Shown: positions 1-15,404, numbered from the stretch's first letter. The stretch: DNA of 64,000 nt from Candidatus Iainarchaeum sp. (GCA_021158055.1 JAGGVJ010000040.1:1-64000), one strand, 5' to 3'. Notes: generated by a model from the letters alone, not told the origin. Made by a program: numbers and translations.

Positions 1-82
1 ATAATCTACTCAAATTAATAATCTACTCAAATTAATAATCTACTCAAATTAATAATCTACTCAAATTAATAATCTACTCAAA
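1..82. repeat. 17-bp tandem repeat ATAATCTACTCAAATTA, ~4.8 visible copies (may continue left of the window)
   Basis: Identical units at 1-17, 18-34, 35-51 and 52-68, plus a partial copy at 69-82; no spacers. Confidence 0.95.
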
Positions 83-93
83 CAAACAAAAAA

Positions 94-224
94 TGGCGCC
101 GAGGGAGAGATTCGAACTCCCGTGTCCCAAGGGACACTGGCTTTCTAACGGCCAGAAAGACCGGCTCAAGGCTTACGCCCCTATATCATAGAGTCAGCGC
201 AATACCGGGCTATGCGACCTCGGC
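94..224 (-). tRNA. tRNA-Ser(UGA) with two introns (29/30: 173-194; 37/38: 143-164)
   Basis: Acceptor GCCGAGG/CCTCGGC, G73, encoded CCA, T-loop TTCGAAT, long variable arm TGTCCC-TT-GGGACA. Removing two 22-nt BHB-bounded introns gives anticodon arm CTGGC-CTTGAGA-GCCAG. Confidence 0.92.
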
Positions 225-245
225 ACATCAATTGCTATTGCATAT

Positions 246-380
246 CTAATATGTACACTGCGGGTGTCAACTACCACCCATTAAAATAGATGGCTTGCAG
301 TTCCAGTTTTCGTTAAAGGGTTGGCTCCCAGTAAGACGCCCACGCGGGAACGGACTACAATCGGCTGGTTGACAGTGAGA
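246..380 (-). ncRNA. Putative orphan TnpB omega-RNA (reRNA) scaffold plus ~20-nt flanking guide
   Basis: GTCAAC (373-368) is complementary to the terminal GTTGAC (271-266), with a terminal hairpin between them. The guide would be the flank ACCCGCAGTGTACATATTAG. Inferred from TnpB right-end architecture. Confidence 0.4.
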
Positions 381-595
381 TGGTAAACCCACTCCATAGT
401 GTTGAAAACAGCCTACTCAGAGCAGAAAGGCATATACCCAGTGTATCCTTAGTCAATTGCTTGACTCATGCCACTAAGAGCATAGTATATACGAAAAAAG
501 AACATTAAAAACATTCTGAGTCAGGATTCAAAAACTAAAGGTTTCTAAATTTTCATCCAACCATTAAAATAGCTGGTCTTCTTGACTCACGACAG
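266..595 (-). mobile_element. Non-autonomous, internally deleted IS200/IS605-like element
   Basis: Near-identical subterminal hairpin-type motifs at both ends (ccacccattaaaatagatgg ~274-293; ccaaccattaaaatagctgg ~557-576). Minus-strand right end ...CAAGCCATCTATTTTAATGGGTGGTAGTTGAC; TnpB-tail-like codons TVNQPIV (ACTGTCAACCAGCCGATTGTA); TTTAT immediately 5' of the left end; no long ORF. Confidence 0.7.
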
Positions 596-632
596 ATAAA
601 TAATTTAGTTTACCCAAAAAGCTTTAGTCAGT

Positions 633-1196
633 TTAGCCAATTGTTATCTCTTTTCTTTCAATTTTTTCTTTCAGCAAAAGGATTGCAAGCGATGAACCCA
701 TCGCAGGGATTTTGTTTTCCAAGGCCATGTTCACTGCTTTTTCGAAATCAACGAGTTCTACTTTTATGTCCTCAAATCCTCTTTTCCCTTTGTCAAGGTC
801 TTGTTTTGATTTTGTTATATTGCCGGCGAAAAACATGTGAATCTGCCTGTTCAGCTGACCGTATGTTTCATAAAATTAACCCAGTTTGACTAATGAATTG
901 CATTTGAATCCGCTTTCTTCCTCAAATTCCCTTCTGGCCCCGTCTTCAATGCTTTCATTGTCATGAATTCCCCCGGAAGGAAACTCGATGACTTCACTGT
1001 CAACCATGTACCTGTATTGCCTGATCATAACCAGTTTTTTGCTGCCAGTCAATCCAAGAACCATTGCCAAATCCCCGCTGTCCCAGTAAATCCATTCCTT
1101 GGTTTCTTTTGTGGGAAGTTCAACTATGTCTTTTCTGACTTTAAAGAATTTTGTGTCAAGGATTAATTTTGATTCCCTGCATTTCCACTTTTCCAT
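633..1196 (-). pseudogene. NUDIX hydrolase (ADP-ribose pyrophosphatase-like) interrupted by one in-frame TAA at 876-878
   Basis: Nudix box GGIHDNESIEDGARREFEEESG and RQYRY motif. ORFs 876..1196 and 633..836 are in the same frame and read ...LVKLG*FYETYGQLNRQIHMFFAG... Confidence 0.8.
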
Positions 1197-1388
1197 AATA
1201 CCATAAAGAAATATTTGTTATTAAAAGTTATCAAGTTAAAAGTCATCAAATTGAAAATTACCAACGGCATTCGTTTATCTGTTTATAAATAGTTTTTTTG
1301 AAGGCAATAACGCACTGCTTACGCTTGATCCTAAAATGAAAAAAAGAATGCAATCTAAAAGACCTGATTCAAACGTACTTCAACGGAA

Positions 1389-1706
1389 TTATTTGAGCAC
1401 TATCTCAACGTGAACTTTGTCAGGAATCGTTATTCTCATGACTTGCCTGAGCGTCCGCTCATCTGCTTCGATATCAACAAGCCTTTTGTGTATGCGCATT
1501 TCCCAGCACTCAAAAGTTCCTGTCCCGTTGCCGCAAGGGCTTTTCCTTACAGGTATCTTTAGTTTTTTCACCGGCAAAGGCACCGGTCCAGAGTACTCTA
1601 CCCCGGTCCTTTTTGAAATCTCTTTTATTTCCTCACACACTTTGTCCAATACTTTGGCGTCCGGCCCAATTAGTTTAATTCTTGCTTTCTGCATTTCCAA
1701 TCCCAC
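1389..1706 (-). CDS. rps10: 30S ribosomal protein uS10 (start possibly ATG at 1694)
   Basis: ARIKLIG...SGPVPLP...RKSPCG...[12 protein letters not shown]; follows EF-1A. Confidence 0.97.
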   Translation of the reverse strand: MGLEMQKARIKLIGPDAKVLDKVCEEIKEISKRTGVEYSGPVPLPVKKLKIPVRKSPCGNGTGTFECWEMRIHKRLVDIEADERTLRQVMRITIPDKVHVEIVLK

Positions 1707-1771
1707 TCAAAAAAATAAACGATAAACTTAACTTAAAAAAAAATGAGGGAGTATTGCTCCCCGTTGAGTCA

Positions 1772-3091
1772 TTATTTCTTGTTTGAAGATTTCTTGCTTG
1801 AAGATTTCTTGCTTGAAGAAACAACATCCAAAACAATTCCCGCTGCAACGGTTTGACCCATGTCTCTGATTGCAAACCTTCCAAGCGGTGGGAATTCACT
1901 GAACTTTTCAATAACAACAGGCCTTGTCGGTTTGATCTTGACAACTGCTGCATCCCCGTTTTTAATAAAGGACGGGTTTTCTTCAGTAACTGCACCTGTT
2001 TTCGGATCCATTTTTTTCGTAATCTCTGTGATTGTGCACGCAACCTGCGCAGTATGCAGATGGAATACTGGCGTGTATCCGACTGTGACTGCTGTCGGGT
2101 GGCTCATCACAATTATTTGCGCAGTGAACTCAGTAACAACTGTTGGCGGGTTGTCCACGTGTCCGAGAACATCTCCCCTTCCAATGTCTTTTTTTGAGAT
2201 TCCTCTCAAGTTGAAACCAATGTTGTCACCCGGAGCCGCTTGCTTGAGTTCCTGGTGGTGCTGTTCAATTGACTTGACTTCTCCAATCAGTCCTTCACCT
2301 GTTCTTCCAGGCAGGATAACCACTTTTTCGTTTGGCCGGAGAATTCCTGTCTCAACTCTCCCTACACCAACAGTTCCTGCTCCCGTAATGGAATAAACTC
2401 CCTGTATTGAGAGCCTGAGCGGCAGGTCAACCGGTCTTTCCGGCAGTGGAAGCTTGTCAAGCGATTCTTCGAGAGTCGGTCCTTTGTACCAAGACATGTT
2501 GTCTGATTTTTTTATGACATTGTCTCCGCCGTAAGCAGAAATCGGCACGTATTTTACATTATCCGGCTTGAACCCTATTCCGCTCACGAGTTTGACTACA
2601 TCGTCTTTTACTTCGTTGAATTTTGATTCCTCGAACTTGACAACATCCATTTTGTTGATTGCAACTATGAGGTTGTTGATTCCAAGCACTTTGCTGAGCC
2701 ATGCGTGCTCTTTGGTCTGTGCCATTACCCCGTCATTTGCTGCAACAACAAGAACTGCGGCGTCTGCCTGAGACGTTCCGGTAATCATGTTTTTGACAAA
2801 GTCCCTGTGTCCGGGCGCGTCAATGATTGTGAAGTAGTACTTGTCAGTGTTGAATTCACGGTAGTTTACGTCAATTGTAACTCCTCTTTCCCTTTCTTCC
2901 TTGAGCGTGTCCATAACGAAAGCAAGGTCAAAAGTTCCTTTTCCAAGCTTGTCTGCTTCGTCTTTGAGTTTTCTTCTGACTTGTTCCGGAATATTCCCGG
3001 AGTCAACCAGAATCCTTCCGACTGCGGTTGATTTGCCGTGGTCCACGTGTCCGATAAACACGAGGTTCATGTGTGGTTTTTCAGCTGCCAT
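1772..3091 (-). CDS. tuf: Elongation factor 1-alpha
   Basis: [29 protein letters not shown] and [12 protein letters not shown] motifs; AGGAGGA ribosome-binding site before the ATG at 3091. Confidence 0.98.
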   Translation of the reverse strand: MAAEKPHMNLVFIGHVDHGKSTAVGRILVDSGNIPEQVRRKLKDEADKLGKGTFDLAFVMDTLKEERERGVTIDVNYREFNTDKYYFTIIDAPGHRDFVKNMITGTSQADAAVLVVAANDGVMAQTKEHAWLSKVLGINNLIVAINKMDVVKFEESKFNEVKDDVVKLVSGIGFKPDNVKYVPISAYGGDNVIKKSDNMSWYKGPTLEESLDKLPLPERPVDLPLRLSIQGVYSITGAGTVGVGRVETGILRPNEKVVILPGRTGEGLIGEVKSIEQHHQELKQAAPGDNIGFNLRGISKKDIGRGDVLGHVDNPPTVVTEFTAQIIVMSHPTAVTVGYTPVFHLHTAQVACTITEITKKMDPKTGAVTEENPSFIKNGDAAVVKIKPTRPVVIEKFSEFPPLGRFAIRDMGQTVAAGIVLDVVSSSKKSSSKKSSNKK

Positions 3092-3436
3092 TTTATTTCT
3101 CCTCCTGTATTCAAACAATTTATAGGTTTAATTTTTTAGTTCTATAAAAATAACTTCTCGCTTTTTAGTTATCAGTTAAAAATCAAAAATCGGTGTTATC
3201 TGCCCTGAACTGTTTGCTGATTTTTGTGTTTATCTGTCAAAACACATATTTACATAGTTGTAATTTCACTTGCAACTTTTCACCAGTTGCCATTATAATT
3301 ATCTTTAACCGGTTTTATAAACATTGTTGTTTTCACGCCACTAAATGGGTATTTTGCATTGAATTGCGTATTGATTGAATTTTCCTGAAAACAAAAATCA
3401 ACAGCCACATGCACTGCAAAACAACACTGCACTGCT

Positions 3437-5647
3437 TTACTCCGCGTCGTCGTCAACAATACTCTCTGCCTGTGGCGGATTCGGGTCAAGCCCTTTTCTT
3501 TCGCGTATTTGCTTTACAACAGGGAGGTAAAGGTCACGCGGCAACGGGGTGTATCCGAAATACTCGATGCTCCAGTTCACTCTTCCTTCTGTTGCACCGC
3601 GAATGTCCCCTGCAAACCCGAACATTTCTGCCACCGGCACTTTTCCGATAAGCGAAATGCTGTCTCCGTCTTGTTCCATGTTGTCAATGAATCCTCGTCT
3701 TCCCTGGATTTCTTTTGTGGCAGCCCCCATGAACTCCTGTGGCACTGTAATCTGGATTTTTTGCTTTGGCTCGAGAATAATCGGTTTTCCGGTTAGTATG
3801 CCTGCGTGTATCGGCCTCCATATTGCGGGTATGACTTGCGCCGGACCCCTGTGGATTGCGTCCTCGTGAAGTACTGCGTCCACAAGAACAACTTTTACAC
3901 CCTGCACTTTTTCTTTCGCAATCGGTCCTGCGTTTACTGCCTGTTCAAAACCCTGTATTATGAGTTCTTTTGTTTCATTGAGGTACTGAACCCCTTTTGA
4001 AGCGTTCACCATGATATTGTTGTTTGAAACAGCCCAAAGCTTTTTTGCTTCATTTCTTGGCATCCCTGCCTTGACAAAAGGTTCAACGTGAGTGGTTCCC
4101 CTTATTTTCCCTTCGGGAATTTCCCCTTCAATCAACAATTCCATCACTTCTTCGGTAATGGGTTCGACGTAAAAATAAAATTTGTTGTGCCTGTTCGGGG
4201 ATTTTCCCTCGATTTCTTTGCTTTTTGCAGTCACTGATTCACGGTATACTACAATCGGCGGCGAGGTGGTAATTTCAAGCCCATGGTCACGTTGTATGAT
4301 GTGTTCTATTCTTTCAAGGTGAAGTTCACCCATTCCCGCAACAAGGTGCTCGCCTGTTTCCTGATCAAGCTCTACTTTTATTGTGGTGTCCTGTTTTTGT
4401 ATTCCGCGCAAAACTTCAATGAGTTTCGGAAGGTCTTTTGTGTTTTTTGCTTCAATTGCTTTCGTGATAACCGGTTCTGAAAAGTGCTTCATTTCTTCAA
4501 ACGGTTTAATTTCAACTTCGCAAATTGTTTCACCTGCAGTTGCTGCCCTTAACCCGACTAAAGCAACAATGTTTCCTGCCGGCACATCTTCCACATTTAT
4601 CCTGTCAGGACCCATATATACTGCGACCTGCTGTATTTTTGCGTCAACATTGCCTGTTATGAGTTTTACTTCAAGGCCTTTGCCGATCTTTCCGCTGAAA
4701 ATCCTCCCTGTTGCAATTTCCCCTGCGTGCGGGTCAATGATAACTTTTGTAATCATCATGACCATTTTTCCGTTCGGGTCGCATGAAATCATGCTTTTTC
4801 CCATTTCTGATTCAAGGTCTCCTTTCCAGATTTTCGGAATCCTGTATTTTTGTGCTTCAATGGGATTCGGGAATTTGTCAAGAGCCATCTCTAATACGAC
4901 CCTGTAAAGCGGGATTTTCTTGGCAAGCTCGTCTTGCTTTTCTTGTTTGCACCCGTCATAAATGTCTTTGAATGACATTCCTGTTTTTTTCATCATGGGA
5001 AGAGATATTGCCCAGTTGTTATATGCGCTTCCGAAAGCGACTGTCCCGTCTTCAACCCTTACCTGCCATTCTTTTTTGAACTCGTCCGGTGCCATTGCAT
5101 CTATGAGGCTGTTTACTTTTGCAATGATTTTTACAAACTGTTCCTGCATTTTTTCAGGGGTAACCTGCAACTCGTTTATGAGCCTGTCCACTTTGTTGAT
5201 GAAAAGAACCGGTTTTACTCTTTCGCGAAGTGCCTGTCTTAGAACTGTTTCGGTTTGAGGCATTATCCCTTCAACCGCGCATACTACAACAAGCGCGCCG
5301 TCCACTGCCCTCATTGATCTTGTAACATCCCCTCCAAAGTCAACGTGCCCGGGGGTGTCAATTAAGTTGATGAGGTATTGGTCTTCTTTGTTTTCTTCCC
5401 TTCCGTAGACCATGGAAATGTTTGCTGCATTGATGGTAATTCCACGCTCTTGTTCTTCCTGATCGAAATCAAGGAACAGTTGTTTTCCTGCAAGTTCAGT
5501 GGAAATCATTCCGACTCCCGCAATCAAGTTATCTGAAAGGGTGGTCTTCCCGTGGTCGATGTGCGCCACTATTCCCATGTTTCTGATCTTTTCCTGATTG
5601 TTCATCAGCTCCTTTACTTTTTCAACCATCTGCTCGCGTCTTCCCAT
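3437..5647 (-). CDS. fusA: Elongation factor 2
   Basis: [29 protein letters not shown] and the diphthamide loop [12 protein letters not shown]. Start taken at ATG 5647, after a GGTG RBS. Confidence 0.98.
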   Translation of the reverse strand: MGRREQMVEKVKELMNNQEKIRNMGIVAHIDHGKTTLSDNLIAGVGMISTELAGKQLFLDFDQEEQERGITINAANISMVYGREENKEDQYLINLIDTPGHVDFGGDVTRSMRAVDGALVVVCAVEGIMPQTETVLRQALRERVKPVLFINKVDRLINELQVTPEKMQEQFVKIIAKVNSLIDAMAPDEFKKEWQVRVEDGTVAFGSAYNNWAISLPMMKKTGMSFKDIYDGCKQEKQDELAKKIPLYRVVLEMALDKFPNPIEAQKYRIPKIWKGDLESEMGKSMISCDPNGKMVMMITKVIIDPHAGEIATGRIFSGKIGKGLEVKLITGNVDAKIQQVAVYMGPDRINVEDVPAGNIVALVGLRAATAGETICEVEIKPFEEMKHFSEPVITKAIEAKNTKDLPKLIEVLRGIQKQDTTIKVELDQETGEHLVAGMGELHLERIEHIIQRDHGLEITTSPPIVVYRESVTAKSKEIEGKSPNRHNKFYFYVEPITEEVMELLIEGEIPEGKIRGTTHVEPFVKAGMPRNEAKKLWAVSNNNIMVNASKGVQYLNETKELIIQGFEQAVNAGPIAKEKVQGVKVVLVDAVLHEDAIHRGPAQVIPAIWRPIHAGILTGKPIILEPKQKIQITVPQEFMGAATKEIQGRRGFIDNMEQDGDSISLIGKVPVAEMFGFAGDIRGATEGRVNWSIEYFGYTPLPRDLYLPVVKQIRERKGLDPNPPQAESIVDDDAE

Positions 5648-5766
5648 CCAATACACCTGTTTTTCCAGTTATTTTCGCGTTTTTTCAAATTCCTTCAAAC
5701 TTTTCAATCTCAAAACTGCCTTTTCAAAAAATGTTTTCATGCGGTTGTCCTGCTGTTTTCAGGCAG

Positions 5767-6753
5767 TTATCTTGCGGACCTTGCCATTCTTTCAAGAGCA
5801 TTTTTTCTTGAAATCGAAAATGATTGCGGGTCGTTTTTGGAAACCCTTATTATTTCGTTTGCCAATGCTTCCGAGGCGGTTGTCTTGCTTTTGAATGATT
5901 CTGAAAATCCTGCCAAAGCAATGTTTTTTATTGCCTCGTCAACTCTTCGGAGCGGCGCAACATCAACGCTTTGCTGCCGGCTTATCCCTCCGAATCTTAC
6001 CACAGTTATGTCTTCCCTCGGTCCTGCGTTTTCGATTGCGTCAACGTAAACCTGTATCGGGTTGATTTTTGTTTTTGCGTAAATCATGTCAAAGGCACTT
6101 TCCACAATAAGTATTGCTTTGAGTTTTTTGCCTGTGTTGTTTCTTCCGCGGATATATTTTCCTTTCAGTTTCCTTTTTCCCTGTCCGCTTCTCATGACTT
6201 TGTTGACAAGCCTTTCGACAATGTTGAGTTTTGCTTTCCGAAATTGCTTGTCGCCTGTGTACCTGCCGTGAGTGTGCGGGATAACAACGCTGTCAAGACC
6301 GACGTAATTTTGAAGGCTTACATCGTGAACATGCACTTCTGAAAAATCGTATTTGTGAAAGAGCCTTGAAGTAAATGCAAATTCAGCTGTTTTTTCGCTC
6401 GGTTGCACGTCGTCATGTGACTCAACTGGTTTTTTTGAAGGTTCTTTTGAAACCTCTGACTTGTCTTTGGTTTCGCCTGCTTTTTTTTCCGCGGCTTTAC
6501 TGGCATCGGGCTTGTTTTTACCAGCTTCTTTCGCTGGTGCTTTGCCGGCGGATTGTTTTACTGTTGATTCGCTGGCTTTTGTCTTGGCTTCCAATTCCTG
6601 TTTCACTTCCGGCTTCTCCTTTACTTCCGGCTTTGAATCTTCCGCCATGCTTTCCCCGGCTTCCGGCTTCTCCTTTACTTCCGGCTTTGGCTTTTCTTCT
6701 TTTGTTTCTTTTGTTTTTTTCTCAGCCTTGTCTTCTTTTAACTGTTCAGCCAT
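5767..6753 (-). CDS. rps7: 30S ribosomal protein uS7 with ~125-aa Lys/Glu/Pro-rich N-terminal extension
   Basis: C-terminal ~200 aa: NIVERLVNKVM...NPIQVYVDAIENAGPRED...VDVAPLRRVD...ERMARSAR. The ATG at 6753 is 4 nt after the rps12 stop, with a GGTGA RBS. Confidence 0.95.
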   Translation of the reverse strand: MAEQLKEDKAEKKTKETKEEKPKPEVKEKPEAGESMAEDSKPEVKEKPEVKQELEAKTKASESTVKQSAGKAPAKEAGKNKPDASKAAEKKAGETKDKSEVSKEPSKKPVESHDDVQPSEKTAEFAFTSRLFHKYDFSEVHVHDVSLQNYVGLDSVVIPHTHGRYTGDKQFRKAKLNIVERLVNKVMRSGQGKRKLKGKYIRGRNNTGKKLKAILIVESAFDMIYAKTKINPIQVYVDAIENAGPREDITVVRFGGISRQQSVDVAPLRRVDEAIKNIALAGFSESFKSKTTASEALANEIIRVSKNDPQSFSISRKNALERMARSAR

Positions 6754-6757
6754 AATT

Positions 6758-7183
6758 TCACCTTCTTGCCTTCTGCTTCTTACCCTTGAGCACTGCGTCC
6801 AAAGACACGTCGTTTACTTTACAGACACTCCATTTGACTGTCGGGATGTCTCCTTTCGGACCCCCTTGTGCGCCACCGATTCCTTCGAGCGTGACTTCGT
6901 CGTGTTCGTCAATCTGCTGGATTGCCTTGTCTTTCGGCGCAAAAGCAGTTACTTGAATTCCATTTTTTATAAGCTGCACCCTGACGCACTTTCGAAGAGC
7001 GGAGTTCGGTTGTTTTGCTTCAACAACTGTTTTTTCAATAACTATTCCCCGCGCTTGCGGTGCTCCACGGAATGGATCTTTCTTTTCCTTAATCCTCAAC
7101 GCCCTGTTTTTATATTTCGGGGACTTCCATTTCCATTTTTTCCTGTTCAGTTTAAGTTTTTTTGCTGCAAACTCACCCGGCAT
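6758..7183 (-). CDS. rps12: 30S ribosomal protein uS12
   Basis: [21 protein letters not shown] and GDIP motifs. Confidence 0.98.
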   Translation of the reverse strand: MPGEFAAKKLKLNRKKWKWKSPKYKNRALRIKEKKDPFRGAPQARGIVIEKTVVEAKQPNSALRKCVRVQLIKNGIQVTAFAPKDKAIQQIDEHDEVTLEGIGGAQGGPKGDIPTVKWSVCKVNDVSLDAVLKGKKQKARR

Positions 7184-7266
7184 TATTATTCACCTGTTAA
7201 ATTTTTTATTCAACCACTGTTGTTTTTTAATATTTATTTTTTTAATGTTTTTTTGATTTTATTATT

Positions 7267-7734
7267 TCATTGCATTATCCAATTATCATGACTTGGTGCT
7301 CTCATTTGTTGCAACCTTATATCGCTTATATTGTGGTGTCTTAAAAGCAGTTCTTTTGCTTTTTTTATCCTGCTCCCGTTTTTTCCAATTGCTTGCGCCC
7401 TTTCTGTTGATTTAAGGAACACATTGGCTACTTTTTCACCGCTTGATTCTTTTACGCTGATTTTAGCCAATTCAGCCGGAGCCAAAAGGTTTTTTATCAT
7501 TTCCTCTGCGTTTGGCGAGTATTCAAAAATCAAAACGTTTGGGTTGTTTAATTTTTCCCTGACTCTTCTTATCTTAACGCCACCCTTCCCTATTACATTG
7601 CCTGCTTCGCCTTTGTTTACCACAAAAACAAGCGCGTCGTCAAACCTAACACAGTCCTTTGGAAAAATACCTGTTATGTCCCTGAAAAGAGAAATCAGCT
7701 TGATTGAATCATTTTCAAGCTTCAATATTTTCAC
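7267..7734 (-). CDS. nusA: Archaeal NusA (two KH domains)
   Basis: VIGKGGVKI and AIGKNGSRI GxxG loops; conserved position between L30e and S12. Confidence 0.93.
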   Translation of the reverse strand: MKILKLENDSIKLISLFRDITGIFPKDCVRFDDALVFVVNKGEAGNVIGKGGVKIRRVREKLNNPNVLIFEYSPNAEEMIKNLLAPAELAKISVKESSGEKVANVFLKSTERAQAIGKNGSRIKKAKELLLRHHNISDIRLQQMRAPSHDNWIMQ

Positions 7735-8044
7735 CTAAAAGATCAAGGACCTGTGAATTTCCTTCACTTATGACGTTCAAAACAGCTACAGAAAACGGTT
7801 TCCCGCAAGCAGAACCTAATTCAACACCTGTGCCGTTAAAAACGTAAACAGAAATGTCACTTAATTTAGAATAATGCTCGATTCTTTCTTTTATATCTTT
7901 CGGGCAGTTTGAGGCAACTATGACCATTTTCAAAGACCCTGTTTTTATTTCCTGCACTGTTTTTTTTGAACCGAAAACAACTTTTCCGGTGTCAACTGCT
8001 CTTCTGATGGCTTTTTTTTCATCAATGACTTTTGTTTCAGCCAT
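7715..8044 (-). CDS. rpl30e: 50S ribosomal protein eL30
   Basis: AVDTGKVVFG...ASNCP...GTGVELGSACGKPF. Confidence 0.96.
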   Translation of the reverse strand: MAETKVIDEKKAIRRAVDTGKVVFGSKKTVQEIKTGSLKMVIVASNCPKDIKERIEHYSKLSDISVYVFNGTGVELGSACGKPFSVAVLNVISEGNSQVLDLLGENIEA

Positions 8045-8087
8045 GTTAATCACTCCAAAATACTTTTTATGCTGTTGATTTCATTTA

Positions 8088-12102
<4,015 letters not shown>

Positions 12103-12106
<4 letters not shown>

Positions 12107-13914
12107 GCCTTGTCCACAAGGTCAAGCCTTGAAAGAATTCCCATTGACTTCATTTCATCAAGCAACAGCTTGAATGCATAGCTCATTTCAACAAGGTGAA
12201 CGTCTGAGCCACCGCACATCGGGCACACGTTTTTGCGCCTGATTGTGTCGTTAACCGCTATTATCCCGCATTTTTCACACACAAGTTCTGTTGTCTTATC
12301 AGATTCTTCAACAATCCTCTCCTGCAAAAGCATCGCTGCCCCGTGTCCGACAAGACAGTCTTTTTCCATTTCCCCAAACCGGATTCCTCCTTCGCGGATT
12401 TTTCCTTCGGTCGGCTGCCTTGTAAGAAGCTGGACCGGTCCTCTTGAACGAACCTGAAGCTTTTGTGAAACAAAGTGATGAAGCCTCCGGTAATAAACGA
12501 CGCCGATAAAGATTTCCGCTTCAATCACTTTTCCGGTAATCCCGTCATACATTCTTTCCTTTCCGTCGCTTCTAAACCCGAGTTCATGAAGCTCTTGCCT
12601 GAGCGCGTCTTCCGTCTCCCCTTCAAACGGCGTGCCGTCAACAAACCTCCCGTTGAGAGCACCAACTTTTCCGCCGAGAGTTTCTATCAGATGCGCCACA
12701 GTCATACGGGAAGGTATCCCGTGCGGGTTAAGTAAAAGGTCAGGAATTATGCCGCTTGTGGTGAAAGGCATGTCTTCCTGCGGGATTATTGCACCGACCA
12801 CTCCTTTTTGACCGTGTATCGAAGCAAACTTGTCTCCGACTTCAGGTGTTTTTTCACTCCTGACTTTTATTTTAACAAGCCTGTTTCCTGTTTCAGATTC
12901 AGTCAATATGATGTTATTGACATAACCGCCTTCACCTATTTTCACAGAATCCGAGTTTTCCCTTCTTTTTTCCTCAACTACCCCGAATTCGGAAATTTCT
13001 TCAAGGAACCTTGGAGGCGATGTTTTTGCCGCAATGAGATCTCCGCCTTCAACTTTTGTTTCCGGGAGGATTATCCCGTCTTCGCCAAGGTTTTTGTAGG
13101 CTTCTTCTCCCCTGAACCCGCTTATGTCTTCGCCGGGAATTTCAAACCTGTCTTTCTGGCCTCCCGGGTACCTGAGCTCTTCAGTCTGGTAAGTCCTGTA
13201 AAAAGTGGTTCTTCCAAGCCCCCTGTCAACCGCTGCCTTGTTTAAAACTACCGCGTCTTTTATGTTGTAGCCATAATACGTTGCAATTGCAACAACAAAA
13301 TTTGTTCCGACAGGTCTTTTTGACTGATTTACTTTCTTCATGACCTGGGTCTGGACCATTGAATCTTCAGGGTAGTGCAGGATGTAACTTCGGGTATCGT
13401 TTCTAAGCAGATAGTTTGGCGCGTAAAGCGAAACTGCCTGCTTGCCCATTTTTACTCCGAATGTGTCCCTGTTTGCCATGTTGTGCTGCGCGTAAGGGAT
13501 CATTGTTGCGGTGATTCCAAAAATTGAAAGCGGAGTCACTTCAAGGTGAGTGTGTTTTTCAGTGAGGTATTCTTCTTTGACCGCAATCAAGGCGTTTTCC
13601 TCTTCTTCGGCGTCAAGGTATTCTATTTTTCCAAGCGCAATCAGTTCGTCCCATAAAAGTTCCTTTTTTTCAATTTTTTCAAGGTCTTCCTCGGTTATAA
13701 GCGACCTGCCCTCCTCAACAATGATTACCGGACGCATTAATCTTCCTTCGTCAGTGTTTATGTACACTTCAAAACTGTCTTGCGATATTGCAATCGACAC
13801 GTGGCTTGATATCTTTCCGTTTCTTCGGTCTTTTCTTAGTTCACGGACCAGATCCGCTGAATCGTCGTGGAAACCCACAAGCTTGCCGTTTACATAAATG
13901 CTTGCTTCTTTCAT
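12103..13914 (-). CDS. rpo2C: RNA polymerase subunit B' (Rpo2 C-terminal half; split rpoB)
   Basis: GDKFASIHGQKG, PSRMT, LTRQPTEG, RFGEME and a C-terminal Zn ribbon. Confidence 0.97.
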
Positions 13915-15404
13915 TCTTCCTCACCCTGCCGCAAGTCAAATTTTACATTTTTTTCCATTAGAATTTTTTCCACATTTTCTGAATTTTCCTCTGTAGAAAT
14001 TTCCACAGTCAGACCAAGGCTTTTTACAAGACCGCAGTTCGGCCCTTCAGGCGTCTCCACGCAGCAGATTCTTCCCCAGTAAGTTGCGTGAAGGTCTCTT
14101 GCCTCGTAGTTGGGGCGGTTTTTTGAAAGCGGTGATGTAACACGCCTTAAATGTGATATTGTCGCAAAATTGTTTGAGCGCTCAAGAATTTGCGAAACCC
14201 CGTTTCGCTTGTTTGTCCACTGCCCTGTGCTCATTGCAATCCTGATTCGCTCTGTCAGCGCGTCGGGACGCACAAGGGTTTTTATGTTCTTGAGTTGTCT
14301 GCTTCTTGCAGACGCTCTTTCAACCTGAAACTTGACGTCTTTTTTGAACGTGTTGAAAGCTGTTCTGAAAAGGTCATCCATGAGTTCCCCTGCCATCTTA
14401 AGCCTCTTATTTGCATAGTGGTCCTTGTCATCTTCTTTTCTTTTGCCGCAGTCAAGGTCTATTGCTTTTTCTATCATGCGGACAATGAAAAACGCTTTTT
14501 TTATCCTGTCTGATTTTTCACCGCCGATGTGGGGGAGCAAGTACTTGTCAATTAAATCCTGTGCCCTTTGCATCCTGTAATCCTGCGGCTGCCCCGGTGC
14601 CGCCCATTTTCCGATGTGGTCGATTGCCTCATCAACTGTCTGGGGGATAACCCCCTCAAGATTCAAGAGCACGTCGTTGACGTAAACTTTGTCGTTTTTG
14701 AACGCGTTGAGAATATCCTGGTCGGATTCTATTCCAAGCGCTCTTATGAGTACAAACGGATTGAGGTTTTTGGGGCTGAGCGGGAAAGAAATCCTGAATG
14801 TTCCTGTTTTCCTTTTTTCAATGTAAATTTTTGTGCGGTAACCCTGCCTGACAGAAATCGCTTTTGCAGTGATTACTCCGCTTGCCTGCCTGTCGACCAT
14901 TACCCTGTTCGGGGCGAGTTCTTCCTGCATGACAAGAACTTTTTCGTTTCCGTTGATAATAAAATATCCGCCTGAATCGTCCGGGTCTTCTTTTGCATCT
15001 ATGATTTCTTCGCGTGTTTTTCCGTGGAGGTGGCACAAATTTGATTTGATCATGACCGGGAGTTCTCCGATGTATACTTTTACCGGTTCAATTTCTTCTC
15101 CTTCCTGAACAGGGGTCATTTCAAGAAATACGGGTGCGGTATATGACCTGCTCCTTATCCTTGCCTCCATGGGAGTTATGTCTCTTTTTGAACCGTCTGC
15201 TTCAAAAGTCCTTGGTTTTTCCAGGCTGATCCTGCCCATTTTAACCACGTAGTTGTCAATGTTCGGTTCAATCAGGTTTGACTCGTCAACAACTCTTTGC
15301 AGTTTTTTGCTGATGAACTGGTTGTATGAATCCAGATGAAACTGGACAATTTCTCTTGCGTCAAAAAATGACTCAAGCAATGGTTTAGTGTTCATTAACC
15401 CCAC
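13911..15404 (-). CDS. rpo2N: RNA polymerase subunit B'' (Rpo2 N-terminal half)
   Basis: PMEARIR, GGYFIINGNEKV, DKDHYANKRL, ETPEGPNCGL. Confidence 0.97.
   Translation of the reverse strand: MGLMNTKPLLESFFDAREIVQFHLDSYNQFISKKLQRVVDESNLIEPNIDNYVVKMGRISLEKPRTFEADGSKRDITPMEARIRSRSYTAPVFLEMTPVQEGEEIEPVKVYIGELPVMIKSNLCHLHGKTREEIIDAKEDPDDSGGYFIINGNEKVLVMQEELAPNRVMVDRQASGVITAKAISVRQGYRTKIYIEKRKTGTFRISFPLSPKNLNPFVLIRALGIESDQDILNAFKNDKVYVNDVLLNLEGVIPQTVDEAIDHIGKWAAPGQPQDYRMQRAQDLIDKYLLPHIGGEKSDRIKKAFFIVRMIEKAIDLDCGKRKEDDKDHYANKRLKMAGELMDDLFRTAFNTFKKDVKFQVERASARSRQLKNIKTLVRPDALTERIRIAMSTGQWTNKRNGVSQILERSNNFATISHLRRVTSPLSKNRPNYEARDLHATYWGRICCVETPEGPNCGLVKSLGLTVEISTEENSENVEKILMEKNVKFDLRQGEEE

Noticed and set aside
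1-82. Possible CRISPR array (also 15920-16027 and 20295-20412)
   Set aside because: Units are directly adjacent with no unique spacers, and no cas genes are present; these are simple tandem repeats.
876-878. Stop-codon reassignment suggested by the in-frame TAA in the NUDIX gene
   Set aside because: It is a single case; TAA, TAG and TGA all terminate conserved genes normally elsewhere in the window.
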